A DNA stretch of 61,406 nt, the filler included, from Nemertoderma westbladi (Eukaryota > Animalia > Xenacoelomorpha): the NCBI GenBank assembly GCA_032718475.1. It is 3 parts of 3 records of this genome, joined end to end, with 100 filler letters (N's around TTAATTAATTAA, not from the genome) between each part and the next. Parts side by side here need not be neighbours in the genome. Positions count along the whole stretch, not along the records: positions 1 to 23,894 come from JAUCBJ010006010.1; 2 more parts are not named here. One strand, given 5' to 3'. The first letter of the stretch is position 1. Every line of letters starts with the position of its first letter. Below the pieces are notes generated by a model, which ran no database searches, was not told the DNA's origin, and saw only the letters and a program-made list of their open reading frames with translations. A program made the position numbers and the translations under genes. Positions 1-13,100 of the stretch are shown one piece after another.

Positions 1-284
1 GATTGGTCAACCGAACAACGAGAGAACAAAGAAACAAAGAAATGTCGACGTGGCAATATCAGCTGTTAGCCGTCGTCATGGTAGCGACACTGTTTTCAAG
101 AGTATCTAGCTTATCGCGTCACGAGATTGCGGATTATGTCCTCTAAAGTACAAATACAGAAGAAATGACTTTTATGTCCTCTAAAACACCAGTACAGTAA
201 GGACACGGCCTTTTTATGCCTGGTAAACCAACTACAGAGTACTTTAAGGGAAAATAACCGGTTAATTACGCAAAAGCTTTTACA
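1..284. mobile_element. Probable LTR end (…GCTTTTACA / TGTAAAAGC…) of an element inserted into the BEL/Pao remnant; continues beyond the window start
   Basis: 147-284 aligns by eye with 48803-48949 (tcctctaaaacacc…caactacagagta…aaataac…gcttttaca). The similarity stops sharply at the ACA terminus in both copies, and the flanks differ. Confidence 0.55.
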
Positions 285-523
285 GTTCTTGAGGAGTTGC
301 TCCTCTGGAAGCGATGTCGGCTAGATTAATTGTCTCGGGGCAATGTCTCCATTGATCTACATTGGAGTTGATGTCGTCATTATCTGAGGAGTATGGTCTT
401 CCCTCAGTTGGATCGTCTAACTCACTGCTCTCATCTTCCCATCCTCTTACTTGATATACCTGATCTTTCGGTAATCTTTCCATGAGAGTTCTATGGGAAG
501 GGCCAGTAAAGTACCAACCCACT

Positions 524-3127
524 CTAGTTCTTCCCGCATAAGCTTGTAGTGGTTGCGATGTCTCGTTTCTCCAATGTCTCGAGCGCTTCATGCGCATTTT
601 GACCGATGAGTATTTGGACTCCAGGGTAATCGGTGTTGAATCTAGGTATTTCAAGCTGCTGGGTGAAATCGTCCTCATCCCAGTTATAAGGTTCCACTTG
701 ACTGGTAGCGAAGTTCTTTATCGCTACCATTTTTACTGACCTTATGCTGTGTTCTCCTAGTTCATCCTGGGGGGTGGACAACGCACCTACATAATAATCT
801 GCGATTACTGTAGATTTCCAAACCGGCATAATTCCTGACATGTTTAACTTAGTTCGGAACTTGGGTTGTCCAGCAAAGATGTCTTCGGCTAGTTCTTTGT
901 CGATGAATGTTCCTGTGCTACCGGAGTCAAGAAGGGCGTTCACTATATAACTCCTTTCAGGTCCGTGGACCCTTAGCTGCACTACGGGAAATTCTCGGAT
1001 TCCTACATTGGAAGTGGGTGCTTTCCAAGGTGGTTGTCGGTCAGAACTAGTTGGGGGGAGCTCGCTGTCGGTGTTCTTTTCATACGTAAGTGCTCGATAC
1101 ACTGCAGTATTTATCAGGTAACAGGATTCGTTTTCGTCGGAGAATTCGTCCGTATAGAATCCTTCCATCTCAGAATATTGGTCAGTGTCGTTCACATCAC
1201 TGAATTGGACATGTAGTTCGGACTCACTTACCTGACTCGGGCTGTTTCGTTCGAATTCCGTGTGCAACAAGATATGATGTTTTGCGCCGCACTTTGCACA
1301 CCTTGCGTCGGAGTAACAGGTTCGCCGTTGGTGTCCTCGTCTGAGGCAATTATAACACAACCGCTTATCCCACATGACTTCACGTCTGTCCTTTAGTGAT
1401 TTCCTCAGGAATTCATCACACGCACTTAAACGGTGGGGCCCGTCGCACAGCACACATTTTGGTTTGATGTTACTTACCTTACTTTGAGTAACGTTGTGCA
1501 CACTCGTTCTTTCCTCGGGCTTTCTTACATGAATTCTCTTAGGGGACGTAGGAGGAGTTTTTCTTACCTGTTCTCTCCTGTCATTGGTTCGAGACTTGAA
1601 CTTACTTACGTCCTTAGACGCTTTGTTGTCATAGTAAGATCTTTCAGTGTCTTTCCCGCTATCCTCTCCTTGAGAAGTCTGGCTTTCGCCGTCGTCGTCA
1701 TCTGGTATTGCCTTTCTCCTAGAAACGGGTTTCTCACTTACCTTATTTTCCGGTGTCTTCTCTCTGGACTGCTTTAGGAGCTGTAATTTTACCTCTCCAT
1801 CTAAGAATGACATGAGATCAGCCATGGTAGGCTCTCTTCGTTGTTGTTCCATCATATATAACACATTCTTGTCCCAGCGTGTACCTACTCCACCCTTGGG
1901 CAAAGTAGATGCTAAGGCTCCTACAACCATAGAATTCTGGTATTCATGAGACTTACCTAACCAATCTAGTTGTCTACAGATCTCCTGAATCTCATCGGAA
2001 AACTCTATAATCCCGCTGCTAAGAAACTTTCGGGGCGCCATTAATTTCGCATATAAATACCTAGCTATGTTAGTCCTATTACCATACCTGATGTTCAGTG
2101 TATCCCAAACTTGTCTTAATCCATCTGGATGTCCAATAAACTTGAACGCCATTAACTTGGGAGATCCTTCCAAGCACTCGATGAGGAATCTCAGTTTCTC
2201 TCCGTTAGATAGCACAGAGTTCTGTATGTTATCTTTGTAATATTCATTAAAAGGTAACCATTTCATCTCATCTCCATTGAACTTGACGATCTCTCTCACC
2301 TTTACCGCTTGACGGGCTTCGGTTCTAGCCATTTGACGCGTAAAACTTTCTTGGGCCATCGTGTTATTTAATATCGAGTTATCGGTATATAAATTTCTCA
2401 GATTATTATCAAGTCTATATGGGATATCATTGTCAACAGGTTTATAATTACCCTTAATAGGGTTTACTATGGGAGTTTCTACTTCGCTAGCAGTATAGAT
2501 GCGTGTAGGCTCCACACCTTGCGCATGAAATACTTCAGACCTAACAGGTTGACACATTGTTACCGGGGTTGGTGGTATACCCCTTTGTGTATTTACTAAT
2601 TTATCGCGTTCTAATGCGATAGTTTGCTGCACTTCTTGCAACTCTAACCTACTTTCCCTAATTGTTCCCTTTAACTGCTGCACAGTTCCCTCCATCTCCT
2701 GGGCCTGCTGAGAGGAGCGAGAATGTTGTTCCCTCAGCTGTCCGAGCAGGAGACCCATCTCCCGTCGTCCCTCATCTACCCACTCGACCGCCGAAGCGGG
2801 AGGCGCCAACGTTGTAGCGGGCAGACGAGGGACAACGGGCGACAAATCATTAATATTTCGCTCGGAGTCCAGGACATGAACATTTTCAAGGGTGGTTCTG
2901 TGGGGCACAGGTAGCTTAGTGCTGTGCAGAGGGAATTTAGAGGTAGGTTCAGGGAGTACAGGTGTCTCTATCACGGAAGGGGTGGCTTCGAGAACAGGCC
3001 TAATTATTTCAGGCTCATCTACGATAGTAGGGAGTCTTTCTATTTTAATTATTTGGTCTGTGGGTTCTGTACTACCTAAGTTTGTGTTAGTTAGTTGCCT
3101 TCTAACAGCTGGGGGCAAATCAGGCAA
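524..3127 (-). pseudogene. BEL/Pao Gag-aspartic protease ORF (main fragment)
   Basis: Triple zinc knuckle, LDSGS protease motif, ILIGQ motif. There is no ATG start (TTG), and a frameshift occurs near 550. Confidence 0.85.
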
Positions 3128-3246
3128 TTTCTGACGGTGGGATATTCTTCTACGTCTGCTTGACGAGATCTATTTCCTCCGCCTTCAGGATCGGTGGTAT
3201 CGCCTTCCTCAGATGATGTATCGCTTACGTCCTTCTGGGCTCCTCC

Positions 3247-4514
3247 ACGAGGCGCACCCACGAGGCGGACGCTTTTCCACTACCCCTGGGGCCAGTCCGA
3301 CTCCGTTTTTATCAGACCGGGCCGGAGGGTAGCCCGATGCTTCCCGGGTTCACTTTTCAATCCCCCGATCACACCGGCACAGCTCGTCAGTGTAGCCAGA
3401 TGGTCGGCTACTGTTAACTTACTGTGGCCTGACTGTACATTGAGCCAACTCAGAGAGTCAACCGGCGGGTGGACCAGTTGATAGCGATCGAGCATCAAGG
3501 TCGCCCTTGAGCCAAACCGACGGTCTTGTCCCAAGTGGGCTTGTGCTACCCAACATGGAATATTGACACGTTTTCACCCGCCTCGCCGGCAGTATTGAGG
3601 GGAAGTCGGTTCCGCAAACAATACTGACTAGCTCGAAAGCTAGGAACAAGTAACCACTTACCAGTCACTGTACACGTGTACTCAACAGATGTTCACAATA
3701 TCAAGTACACTACGGTAAACACAAAATCTGACACATACCATGCACACACAGAGGACATAATCGGAAAAGACAAAATCGGGGACAAAATCAGAGGGGAAAA
3801 AATTGTATCGACTGTTAAAAGAGTCGAGAGTACCTTATTTTGCCGTCAGGGCAAAATAACTTTGTGTGCACAAAGTATGCTGGGGCGCAGTAAAGATATG
3901 GTCCTACTAATAACCGGCGGCGACTGAACCAACCGGCAAGGTTTCCCACACTCACTCGCAGTGGCCATACACACACTCACATATACCACGTACCCACAGC
4001 AACAGAAAGCTTAAGCAAACTGCCACTGATCGTCCACACACAAACCACAGATTCCAGAGTATCATTCACTCGGACCACACTACGACACTAACCCCTCCTT
4101 GCAGCCGATATTCCGGGTGCCACCTCCATTCCAATAGTAGTACCAACAGAATCATCAGAACCTGCCCATTCCGATGCAACACCTCCATTCCAATAGTGCT
4201 ACCCTGGGAAAAAACACGTTTTGGCAACCGATCGGAGACAGTAAAGAGTCTGGTCAACTCATACATACCAAACATAGACCTACCACATAGACCACATAAA
4301 CCACAGATCACACTAAGCCACCACCCCTACTGTGTACAGGACTGGCAGTACGGCAACAGGCCGACTAGACGGTACCACGGCACCATGTTGATTCATGGTT
4401 CGTAAGACACGAGGGCCTTCAGTAACTCCCCTGCACTATAAAGACGATTTAACGTGCCCCCAGACCCTCACGAGTCCGCCACCGCCTGTTAGGGACACCC
4501 CTATAGAGACCTCA
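3247..4514. mobile_element. ~1.27-kb non-coding insertion (solo-LTR-like) in the BEL gag
   Basis: Flanked by the direct repeat CCTCC (3242-3246, 4515-4519), with inverted termini (c)GAGG…CCTCA. Removing 1273 nt puts ORFs 4821-5993 and 524-3127 in the same frame. Confidence 0.6.
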
Positions 4515-5993
4515 CCTCCTTAGGCATCCCTGTCTTTTGGGAGTAGATCGACTCATCATCTGCATTTGACTAGCTGTTAACTGTTTATTTATGCAGTCTT
4601 GATTCTCTTGAATATTTTCCAAATCTAGTTGGGCGATCTCTTCAGCCGCTCTCCGTTCTGCTTCTGCCACCGCTATCTTTCTTTCCGCTTCTGCCGCTGC
4701 TGCCGCTGCCGCTGCCGCTTTTGCCTCTGCCGCTGCCTCTGCCGCCTTTCTTTCTGCTTCTGCTTCTGCTGCTGCCGCTGCTGCTATCTTTCTGTCTTCT
4801 ATACGTTTTTTCTTTACTTGTTATTCTTGGACTTTAGCGATGCGGAGGCGTTCATCAAATTTAGCTTGGTTCGCAGCTCTCATATCCACATCGATTGCGT
4901 CCAACACAAGCTTGGTTCCTTCACTATTAGGGCTAAGTCCATCTAGCCTTCTCCTCAACTCTTCATCACCTAAAAAGCGTTGATAGTCTGACAGATAGAT
5001 GTCAATGGCATCCCTCTTATGCGGTTTCTCTGCCGTCGCTTCACTTTCCACTTGGGAAAAAGTAGCGTCTGTTGATTCTCCATGGGTTGAGTGCTCATCT
5101 AGCTGAGCTTTCCACTGAGCCGTTCCTTGAACCTGGAGACTCACCCGTTGAAACCAAGTCTTTACGGCAACTTGCAACGACGTGTCTTGTCTTCTTTTAG
5201 AAGCCTCCTCAAAGGCCGATAAGATTAGCCTGATTCGTAGAATTCTTTCTCTAACTTGATAAAGCAGCTGTCCCTGCTCTTGAGGTCCTTGGGGTTGTTG
5301 AAACAGTTGTTCTTTTAATCGCTCCATAGAGCTGAAGAATCCCTGTACGTATCCGGCTGCGGACCTCTTCCACACAGCTGGATCGATGGTTTCCTTGGTT
5401 ACTCCCATCCTGTGTATGTCTTCCCAGGCAGCTTCTGATAAATCAAACGGGAGTCCGGGTCCGGGGAAGTTCCATTGCGACTCGACAATAGACTTCAGTT
5501 CTTCCCTTGTGTATCCCGCATAACTATCTTTAGTCGATCGCTTATTTCTCGCCCAATCGATCTGGTGTTCTTCCACCGCAATCAATAACCTAGTGAGTAC
5601 GGCTGCAGGAAGGATGAGAAGGGGGTCCGAATAAACCGCATCTGTCATCTTTGCTCCGTGCTCGGGTGTCAGCTCTACAGTATCCGCACTACTGGAGCTG
5701 TCGGGCCGCTGATCAACAAGTTCTTGGCTCGCGGGTTGTTGCTGTTCCGCTGCTTCTTGGTCCCGCTTGACCTGAGCTCTAGTGCCTATGACAGACCTAC
5801 GGTGTTCTACTAGCCTAGGGTCTGACACTACTACTGTAGGGATGACCTTGCTTACAGTAGGAGGGGACTTGGACTTTGGTCTCAGACGTTCTATACTCTT
5901 AGCTGAGTCCCAGATCTTTTTAAGACCCTGTCTAACACTCATTCTAGCACTTTCTAAGAGACTATCTGACAGTGTTTGTTTTGTATCAGACAT
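4515..5993 (-). pseudogene. N-terminal part of the BEL/Pao Gag (390-aa ORF plus an Ala/Glu-rich coiled-coil continuation past a premature TAA)
   Basis: After the TAA at 4821-4823 the frame continues QVKKKRIEDRKIAAAAAAEAEAERKAAEAAAEAK…RSTPKRQGCLRR up to the insertion site. Confidence 0.6.
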
Positions 5994-6044
5994 GTTTGAT
6001 TGTACAGTTGAATGCCTACTGCTATATTACAGTTTAACTACTAT

Positions 6045-7318
6045 AGCTAACACGAGCCCTCGTATTACTAACACGAGCCCTCATGATAGCTAACACGAGC
6101 CCTCATGATAGCTAACACGAGCCTCATATAGCTAACGCGAGCCCTCATGATAGCTAACACGAGCCCTCATGATAGCTAACACGAGCCCTCATGATAGCTA
6201 ACACGAGCCCTCGTGTTACTAACACGAGCCCTCGTGTTACTAACACGAGCCCTCACGATAGCTAACACGAGCCCACATGATAGCTAACACGAGCCCTCGT
6301 ATTACTAACACGAGCCCTCATGATAGCTAACACGAGCCCTCATGATAGCTAAAACGAGCCCTCGCGATAACTAACACGAGCCCTCATGATAGCTAACACG
6401 AGCCCTCATGATAGCTAACACGAGCCCTGATGATAGCTACCACGAGCCCTCATGATATCTAACACGAGCCCTCGTGTTACTAACACGAGTCCTCACGATA
6501 GCTAACACGAGCCCACATGATAGCTAACACGAGCCCTCGTATTACTAACACGAGCCCTCATGATAGCTAACATGAGCCCTCATGATAGCCAACGCGAGCC
6601 CTCATGATAGCTAACACGAGCCCTCATGATAGCTAACACGATCCCTCATTATAGCTAACACGATCCCTCACGATAGCTAACACGAGCCCACATGATAGCT
6701 AACACGAGCCCTCATGATAGTCAAGACGACCCCTCATGATAGCTAACACGAGCCCTCACGATAGCTAACACGAGCCCACATGATAGCTAACACGAGCCCT
6801 CGTATTACTAACACGAGCCCTCATGATAGCTAACACGAGCCCTCATGATAGCCAACACGAGCCCTCATGATAGCTAACACGAGCCCTCACGGTAGCTAAC
6901 ACGAGCCCACATGATAGCTAACACGAGCCCTCCTGATAGCTAACACGAGCCCACATGATAGCTAACACGAGCCCTCGTATTACTAACACGAGCCCTCGTA
7001 TTACTAACACGAGCCCTCGTGTTACTAACACGAGCCCTCACGATAGCTAACACGAGCCCACATGATAGCTAACACGAGCCCTCGTATTACTAACACGAGC
7101 CCTCATGATAGCTAACACGAGCCCTCATGATAGCTAACACGAGCGCTCACGATAGCTAAAACGAGCCCTCGTGTTACTAACACGAGCCCTCACGATAGCT
7201 AACACGAGCCCACATGATAGCTAACACGAGCCCTCATGAAAGCTAACACGATCCCTCATGATAGCTAACACGAGCCCTCATGATAGCTAACACAAGCCCT
7301 CATGATAGCTAACACGAG
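6045..7318. repeat. 22-bp minisatellite (GCTAACACGAGCCCTCATGATA)n, about 57 copies
   Basis: Direct periodicity with a few recurring variants. The array ends in the hairpin CTAACACG-agggcc-CGTGTTAG (7309-7330). Confidence 0.97.
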
Positions 7319-7625
7319 GGCCCGTGTTAGAAAATTTTTTTTCATGTCCGCTCCCGGGCTCCGGTATATATTGACCTTCTCTAAAAATAACATATCGATC
7401 ACTGTTTCTCTAAATTAAGCCTGCATGAATGTATATATTAAGGTTTCACATTTCCGGATGAGCTATTCTTCATTTACAATGTTTATTGCAAACAATAAAT
7501 TAGGTTACTTTTTTTCTTTTTTTTTATGTTTGAAGAAATTAAAAACTCTTACCAAATACTCGAGTTAAATGGTATTTAATAACATCAAAAATCTCTAGAA
7601 AACTAAAATTATTACTAAAACTTAC

Positions 7626-7850
7626 CGGTTAGTAACTCGTATATGAGAATTCCGATGCTCCAATAGTCGGCAGCCATGTCGTGGCCCTTGTTCAGTATAA
7701 TCTCAGGGGCCACGTATTCCGGCGTACCGCAGAAAGTCCACGTCTTTCTGGAGAAACCGATGTATTTAGCGAATCCAAAGTCCGTCATTTTAATATATCC
7801 CTGTTTATCGATAAGCAAATTTTCCGGTTTCAAATCTCTATAAACAATTC
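7626..7850 (-). CDS. PRKG: cGMP-dependent protein kinase, coding exon 2 (kinase subdomains VI-IX)
   Basis: [13 protein letters not shown]…DFGFAK…[23 protein letters not shown]…[15 protein letters not shown]. Acceptor ttttatatag ends at 7851 and donor GTAAGT starts at 7625. The phase matches exon 1 (G+GA=Gly). The remaining exons lie beyond position 1. Confidence 0.95.
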
Positions 7851-8235
7851 CTATATAAAAATGTAAAAAAAAAGTGAAAATATTAATTTTATTAACCAAC
7901 TAATTAAAATATTTTCTTTGATTGGCTGAGAACTTCTACAACAGATTGATACCGGTAGTTTTGTATCTACAAAAGACATACCCAAATGTCATGGGAGGCA
8001 TTTAAGGTGATTTCTAACTTCTTCATTATTGTGACGTGTGGTGGACTATGTCAGTAAATGTATCTTGACTAACAATATACTGTAGATTCTGTACACTGTA
8101 CACTTTACACTGATTCTGTACACTGTATACTGTACAGCCAATAAACTTTACGGACCACGACTTTCATTTTTAAGATCTGCGTTTATTGCCAGAGACAATA
8201 AACTATAAGTAGACAAACTACAATACCGTACTAAC

Positions 8236-9962
8236 TTAGTATTCTAGGAAAGGCAGCATCAAATAACGGTCTGTTTGTACATCCTACATGCTAGTATTCT
8301 ACTGTAGGACAGGCAGCATCAATTAACGGTCTGTTTGTACATCCTACATGCTAGTATTCTACTGTAGGACAGGCAGCATCAATTAACGGTCTGTTTGTAC
8401 ATCCTACATGCTAGTATTCTAGGACAGGCAGCATCAATTAACGGTCTGTTTGTACATCCTACATGCTAGTATTCTACTGTAGGACAGGCAGCATCAATTA
8501 ACGGTCTGTTTGTACATCCTACATGCTAGTATTCTACTGTAGGACAGGCAGCATCAATTAACGGTCTGTTTGTACATCCTACATGCTAGTATTCTACTGT
8601 AGGACAGGCAGCATCAATTAACGGTCTGTTTGTACATCCTACATGCTAGTATTCTACTGTAGGACAGGCAGCATCAATTAACGGTCTGTTTGTACATCCT
8701 ACATGCTAGTATTAGTATTCTACTGTAGGACAGGCAGCATCAATTAACGGTCTGTTTGTACATCCTACATGCTAGTATTCTACTGTAGGACAGGCAGCAT
8801 CAATTAACGGTCTGTTTGTACATCCTTCATGCTGGTATTCTACTGTAGGACAGGCAGCATCAATTAACGGTCTGTTTGTACATCCTACATGCTAGTATTC
8901 TACTGTAGGACAGGCAGCATCAAATAACGGTCTGTTTGTACATCCTACATGCTAGTATTCTACTGTAGGACAGGCAGCATCAATTAACGGTCTGTTTGTA
9001 CATCCTACATGCTAGTATTCTACTGTATTAGAACATGCTGCTTCTAGTGTTGGTATTTTTATTAACTCCAGAAAGACCAAAGTTTTGACAGTTAACTTTG
9101 AAAGTCCTCAGCAAGTCTCTGATCGGATGAGCATAAGCTCAAAGGATGGTATGCTTGAGCATGTGGACGACTTCTGTTACTTGGGATCATGGATCCGGAA
9201 GTCAGGTGAGGACCTTCGAATACGTAAGGGAAAGGCATGGGCAGCCTTGAATAGGCTTTCCAGGATTTGGAAGTCACATAGAATTTATCGGAAACTTAAG
9301 GTCCGATTATTTAGAGCAGCAGTAGTTCCAGTACTCCTCTACGGGAGTCCATGCTGGGCTCTAACTGCTGAGGACACCAAATCTCTGGATGGCACATTCA
9401 CAAGAATGCTACGCCGGGTTCATTGTGTCAAGTACAATGCACACATCTCCAACCAGACACTATATTACATTGGAGGTGTCTCATTGGTTCCCCCAAGCTT
9501 GACACTAGAACAAAATCGCCTCCGCTTTGCAGGAAATTGCTTTCGCCGTGAGGACCAGCCAGTGCATAATCTTGTACTTTGGCAGCCTCATGGAGTGAAT
9601 AAGCATGGTGGACAGCCCATGACTTTCTTGAGACGCATCTTAAAGGACACTGGCCTTGAAGATGCGGATGATCTAGCAAATGTCATGGGTGATAGGGAGT
9701 TGTGGCGGTGCAATTTTGTTGACAAGCCGGCACAGCATTCTTAAAAATGCAGCTGCAATGCAGCATGCCGATCCTAGTAGTAGTATTCTACTGTAGGACA
9801 GGCAGCATCAATTAACGGTCTGTTTGTACATCCTACATGCTAGTATTCTACTGTAGGACAGGCAGCATCAATTAACGGTCTGTTTGTACATCCTACATGC
9901 TAGTATTCTACTGTAGGACAGGCAGCATCAATTAACGGTCTGTTTGTACATCCTACATGCTA
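8236..9962. repeat. 60-bp minisatellite (CTAGTATTCTACTGTAGGACAGGCAGCATCAATTAACGGTCTGTTTGTACATCCTACATG)n, interrupted by a LINE at 9028-9780
   Basis: Exact 60-nt periodicity on both sides of the insertion. Confidence 0.97.
9028..9780 (+). mobile_element. 5'-truncated RTE-like LINE, copy 1
   Basis: RT C-terminus (VDDFCYLGSWI…RKGKAWAALNRLSRIWKS…VLLYGS..W), (TAG)n tail, and 15-bp TSD TAGTATTCTACTGTA at 9013-9027 and 9781-9795. Confidence 0.9.
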
Positions 9963-9964
9963 CA

Positions 9965-10130
9965 GACTTTCGACGCACAATCAAAATTCCTCCTCTCCAG
10001 AGGAAGATCGACCGGAAATAACAGCTGATTACACACAAACATAAAACTGTAACCTGTTGTTTTCACTGTAGTTTATTGTTTTGGTTAGAATAACGTGCCA
10101 CTGTAACTTGCTCAATTCCCTTAATTGATA
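9965..10130 (-). repeat. Short dispersed repeat family (core AACCAAAACAATAAAC plus CAGCTGTTATTT…CTGGAGAGG)
   Basis: The reverse complement resembles 45860-46020. Partial copies occur near 10905, 14390, 22150, 42870, 59497 and 61140-61345. Confidence 0.6.
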
Positions 10131-13100
10131 ATTTAACATTGAGACGATATATTAATTTGCTATTATGAGATATAATGAATGTGACAATAGATTTATAGAA
10201 AATCTACCCCCCATTCCCCACTGGAAGGGGCCGGATAAATCTTGGTAAAAGAAAAGACCATAGCCCAATTTAATTATATAAATAAAAATAATACATCAGA
10301 ATAATAAAACGAAGATAATAATGTTTAAAACCATTTTCATTTTTGACCAGTTTTATATATATTTTACCCATGTGTTTAGTAATCTACACAGTAAATGCGG
10401 ATAATTTATGAAATGATTTTTTATTATAAAATAAGTTTTGTGACATTGAAAATGTTGGTAGACATCAGAATTAATGTGATTAGCCAGGCGTATACTGTAT
10501 GCCACGATTGTGTAAATACTTTCCCGTTCAGTAATTCTATACATATACTTTCTTTTTGCGATTTTACATATAATTTACATTTTATGTACAGTATAATAGT
10601 ATAGATTGAATAGGTCAAACGCATACAGCATGTCCATCCATTCAACCGAAACCGAGGTCAACCGACCAAGTGCTACTGTAATTTCCCATGAGCTAAAAAT
10701 AATTAACTAGTGACGGTATAATATAGCTGTCGCTAGTACAGGTTCTAATTTAGCGACGTGAATCTATAAAGTAAAGTGATCAATCAACTGCTCCTCTGTA
10801 CCGGTACAAGTGCTGGCACATTCCATTGTTGAGGCGGTTTTGGAAATGGATATTGATAATTTCATACTGAGGAAAGTGAACTTTCTCATTTCAAAGTTCA
10901 AAATTTCGTTTATTGTTTGGGTAGAACGCAAACAACTGTAAGAACACTGTAAGACTTTTTTCCCCTTAATTGGTAACTTAAATTTTCGCTAAGTTAAGAC
11001 CTAACGTGTTCGTTCATTGCACCCTACTACTAAGCGATAACCAAACTTTTTTCTGCAAAGTTAACAATAATTGTTTAAAATAAATTTTAATAATAATGTA
11101 TTAACAACAAAATTTGTTAATACTACTTTCAAGATGTGGTACAATAGCAGTCGCTTTCTAGTGTAACAAATTTGCAATAAAATATATTATTTATATTATA
11201 TAATATGTTTATTATAGAGTTAAAAAGGTAATCATAAGCCTATTGGTATTAAGATACATAAGCTACGGTACGATCACTAATTACCGTATCCCCCCCCCCC
11301 CCCCCCTCATCCCTAAATAAATAATTTAGTTTTATAATGACTTTTCCGTGGTTGTTCCTACCTTGGAAGCTATTCTACTTCTATATAAATACTATAGGAG
11401 CCCCATTAACCCTTCCGGGAGGAAATCGTTTGGAGAAGAAATTCATCAACTCAGTTGCCATTATTTTGCGTTGTTCGGTATATTATCGGGATATGGCGTA
11501 ATTTAAATGGACGTCGTAAAAGGATGGAGACATTCCTTAAGGGGTTTCCCTAATTGCTAAGAAATATTCCAGTCGAAAGATCTAGTTATGTTGTTAACAT
11601 ACGCGCCCATCATGAAAGGTTACACAACAGTAAGACATGTCAATAAATACGGTATCGTTGATAAATTTCAGTGGGCGTGACTGCGTCCATTGGCGGAGAT
11701 ACACGGGAATTACAAGGTATCGTAGCCACAACTTATCGGATTAAACACGTTCTCCACCCTCACTATAACGGATAACCCCCTAAAACTCACGTTCTACCCA
11801 GATATTATAAATTCTCTTGATATTATAATTCCTGACAGTGATTAATTATTAGATTAGAGTGAACATGGTTGGTTAACTTAAAATAAAAAAAGTGTATTCT
11901 ATATGCAATATAATATTTTTTGCGTAGAAATTAATTAAATTCCCTCTCAAGCCCGTCAGATCCATTATATTACATTACTGTCATCATAACTTTCCTCTAC
12001 ATATAGTACTACTGTACTTAATCTATCTGCTAAAAATCAGTTGAGTTTTTTTGATTGATTACCTTGAAGTTTGCATTTAATCAACATTCTCCCGGACTCT
12101 CCAGTAACATTGTCTTGGCTGATACTAAATGCACTCTGGTTTGGCTACCACAGTGTGTGTGTGTGTGCGATGTATAATTTGAATCTTTGAACAGTAGGCC
12201 TAGGATCTGTTGGTGGTACACCTACTGCGTAATGGGAGATGATTATAGTAATTATGCTTTCACCATTTATGTATCGCTGTTCATGTAGCCGCCTATCTCC
12301 ATCGCAATGGTAGCATCATGATCATAGTTTGGTAGAAAATGGCCTGTAGGGATATGGAAATCTCAGATATATCATGTGGAGCTGCAGCCTGTAGCTGCAG
12401 ACGTCTAGTTAATATACAGTAAATTCATTATAAAGGTGAATTCAAATATACTGAATCACTGTCCTTCGCAAACTCAATGCAATGTAAGGAAATATAAAAA
12501 ATTATATGCATTTTCGATCAAACAGTAAATTGGACGGAACCATCATGGATGTCCTTATTTCTCAAACGTGTTTTGTGTTTGTGTGTTTGTTTGTTTGTAC
12601 ACACAACTTCTTACACTTAATGCTGATGGATTTGGATGAAACTTCGATGATAGGTTCATTATCGGACCTAGTTGTATATGGAAGGTTTTGGTTGCTAGGG
12701 ACCCGTTCGTTGCCTAGCAACAGTGAAATTAATTCTAGAATGACCGATCACAATCGTAGAATCCACTCAATCAAAATTCTGTCGACACCCCATGCGGCCC
12801 AAAGGGAGCATCTATTAGACATTCTTTCCGCAAAATGTCGCTTTATTTCGTTCAGAATTGTAAGAGAAGATACATTTCTTACAAACAGTGTTTTTTTTAA
12901 CATACAATATACTACTATTGTGTACTTCGCTCAATGTTTCCTTTTTCGTTATTAGGCTGCCCTGCATAGACGCGTAAATTATTACAACAATAATATTGGT
13001 AGCAATGGATCCGTCCATTATTGCCAGCTCTCCACTGGCAAGCTTGTCTTTTATTGTGTTTTTGTATCGACATTTTGACTTAATCTACTTCTACTTGGCG

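Larger units (their letters stand above)
280..5993 (-). mobile_element. Decayed BEL/Pao LTR retrotransposon: gag-protease plus an RNase H C-terminal remnant, with RT deleted
   Basis: ORF 524-3127 has a DUF1759-like gag core (KFNGDEMKWLPF…EKLRFLIECLEG), three BEL-type Cys/His knuckles (CVLCDGPH…C, CYNCLRRGH…C, CAKCGAKHHILLH) and the protease motif ALLDSGS. A shifted frame gives TRVGWYFTGP, then QWRHCPETINLADIASRG (the Pao RNase H end). ORF 4821-5993 rejoins in frame once the 3247-4514 insert is removed. Confidence 0.85.
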
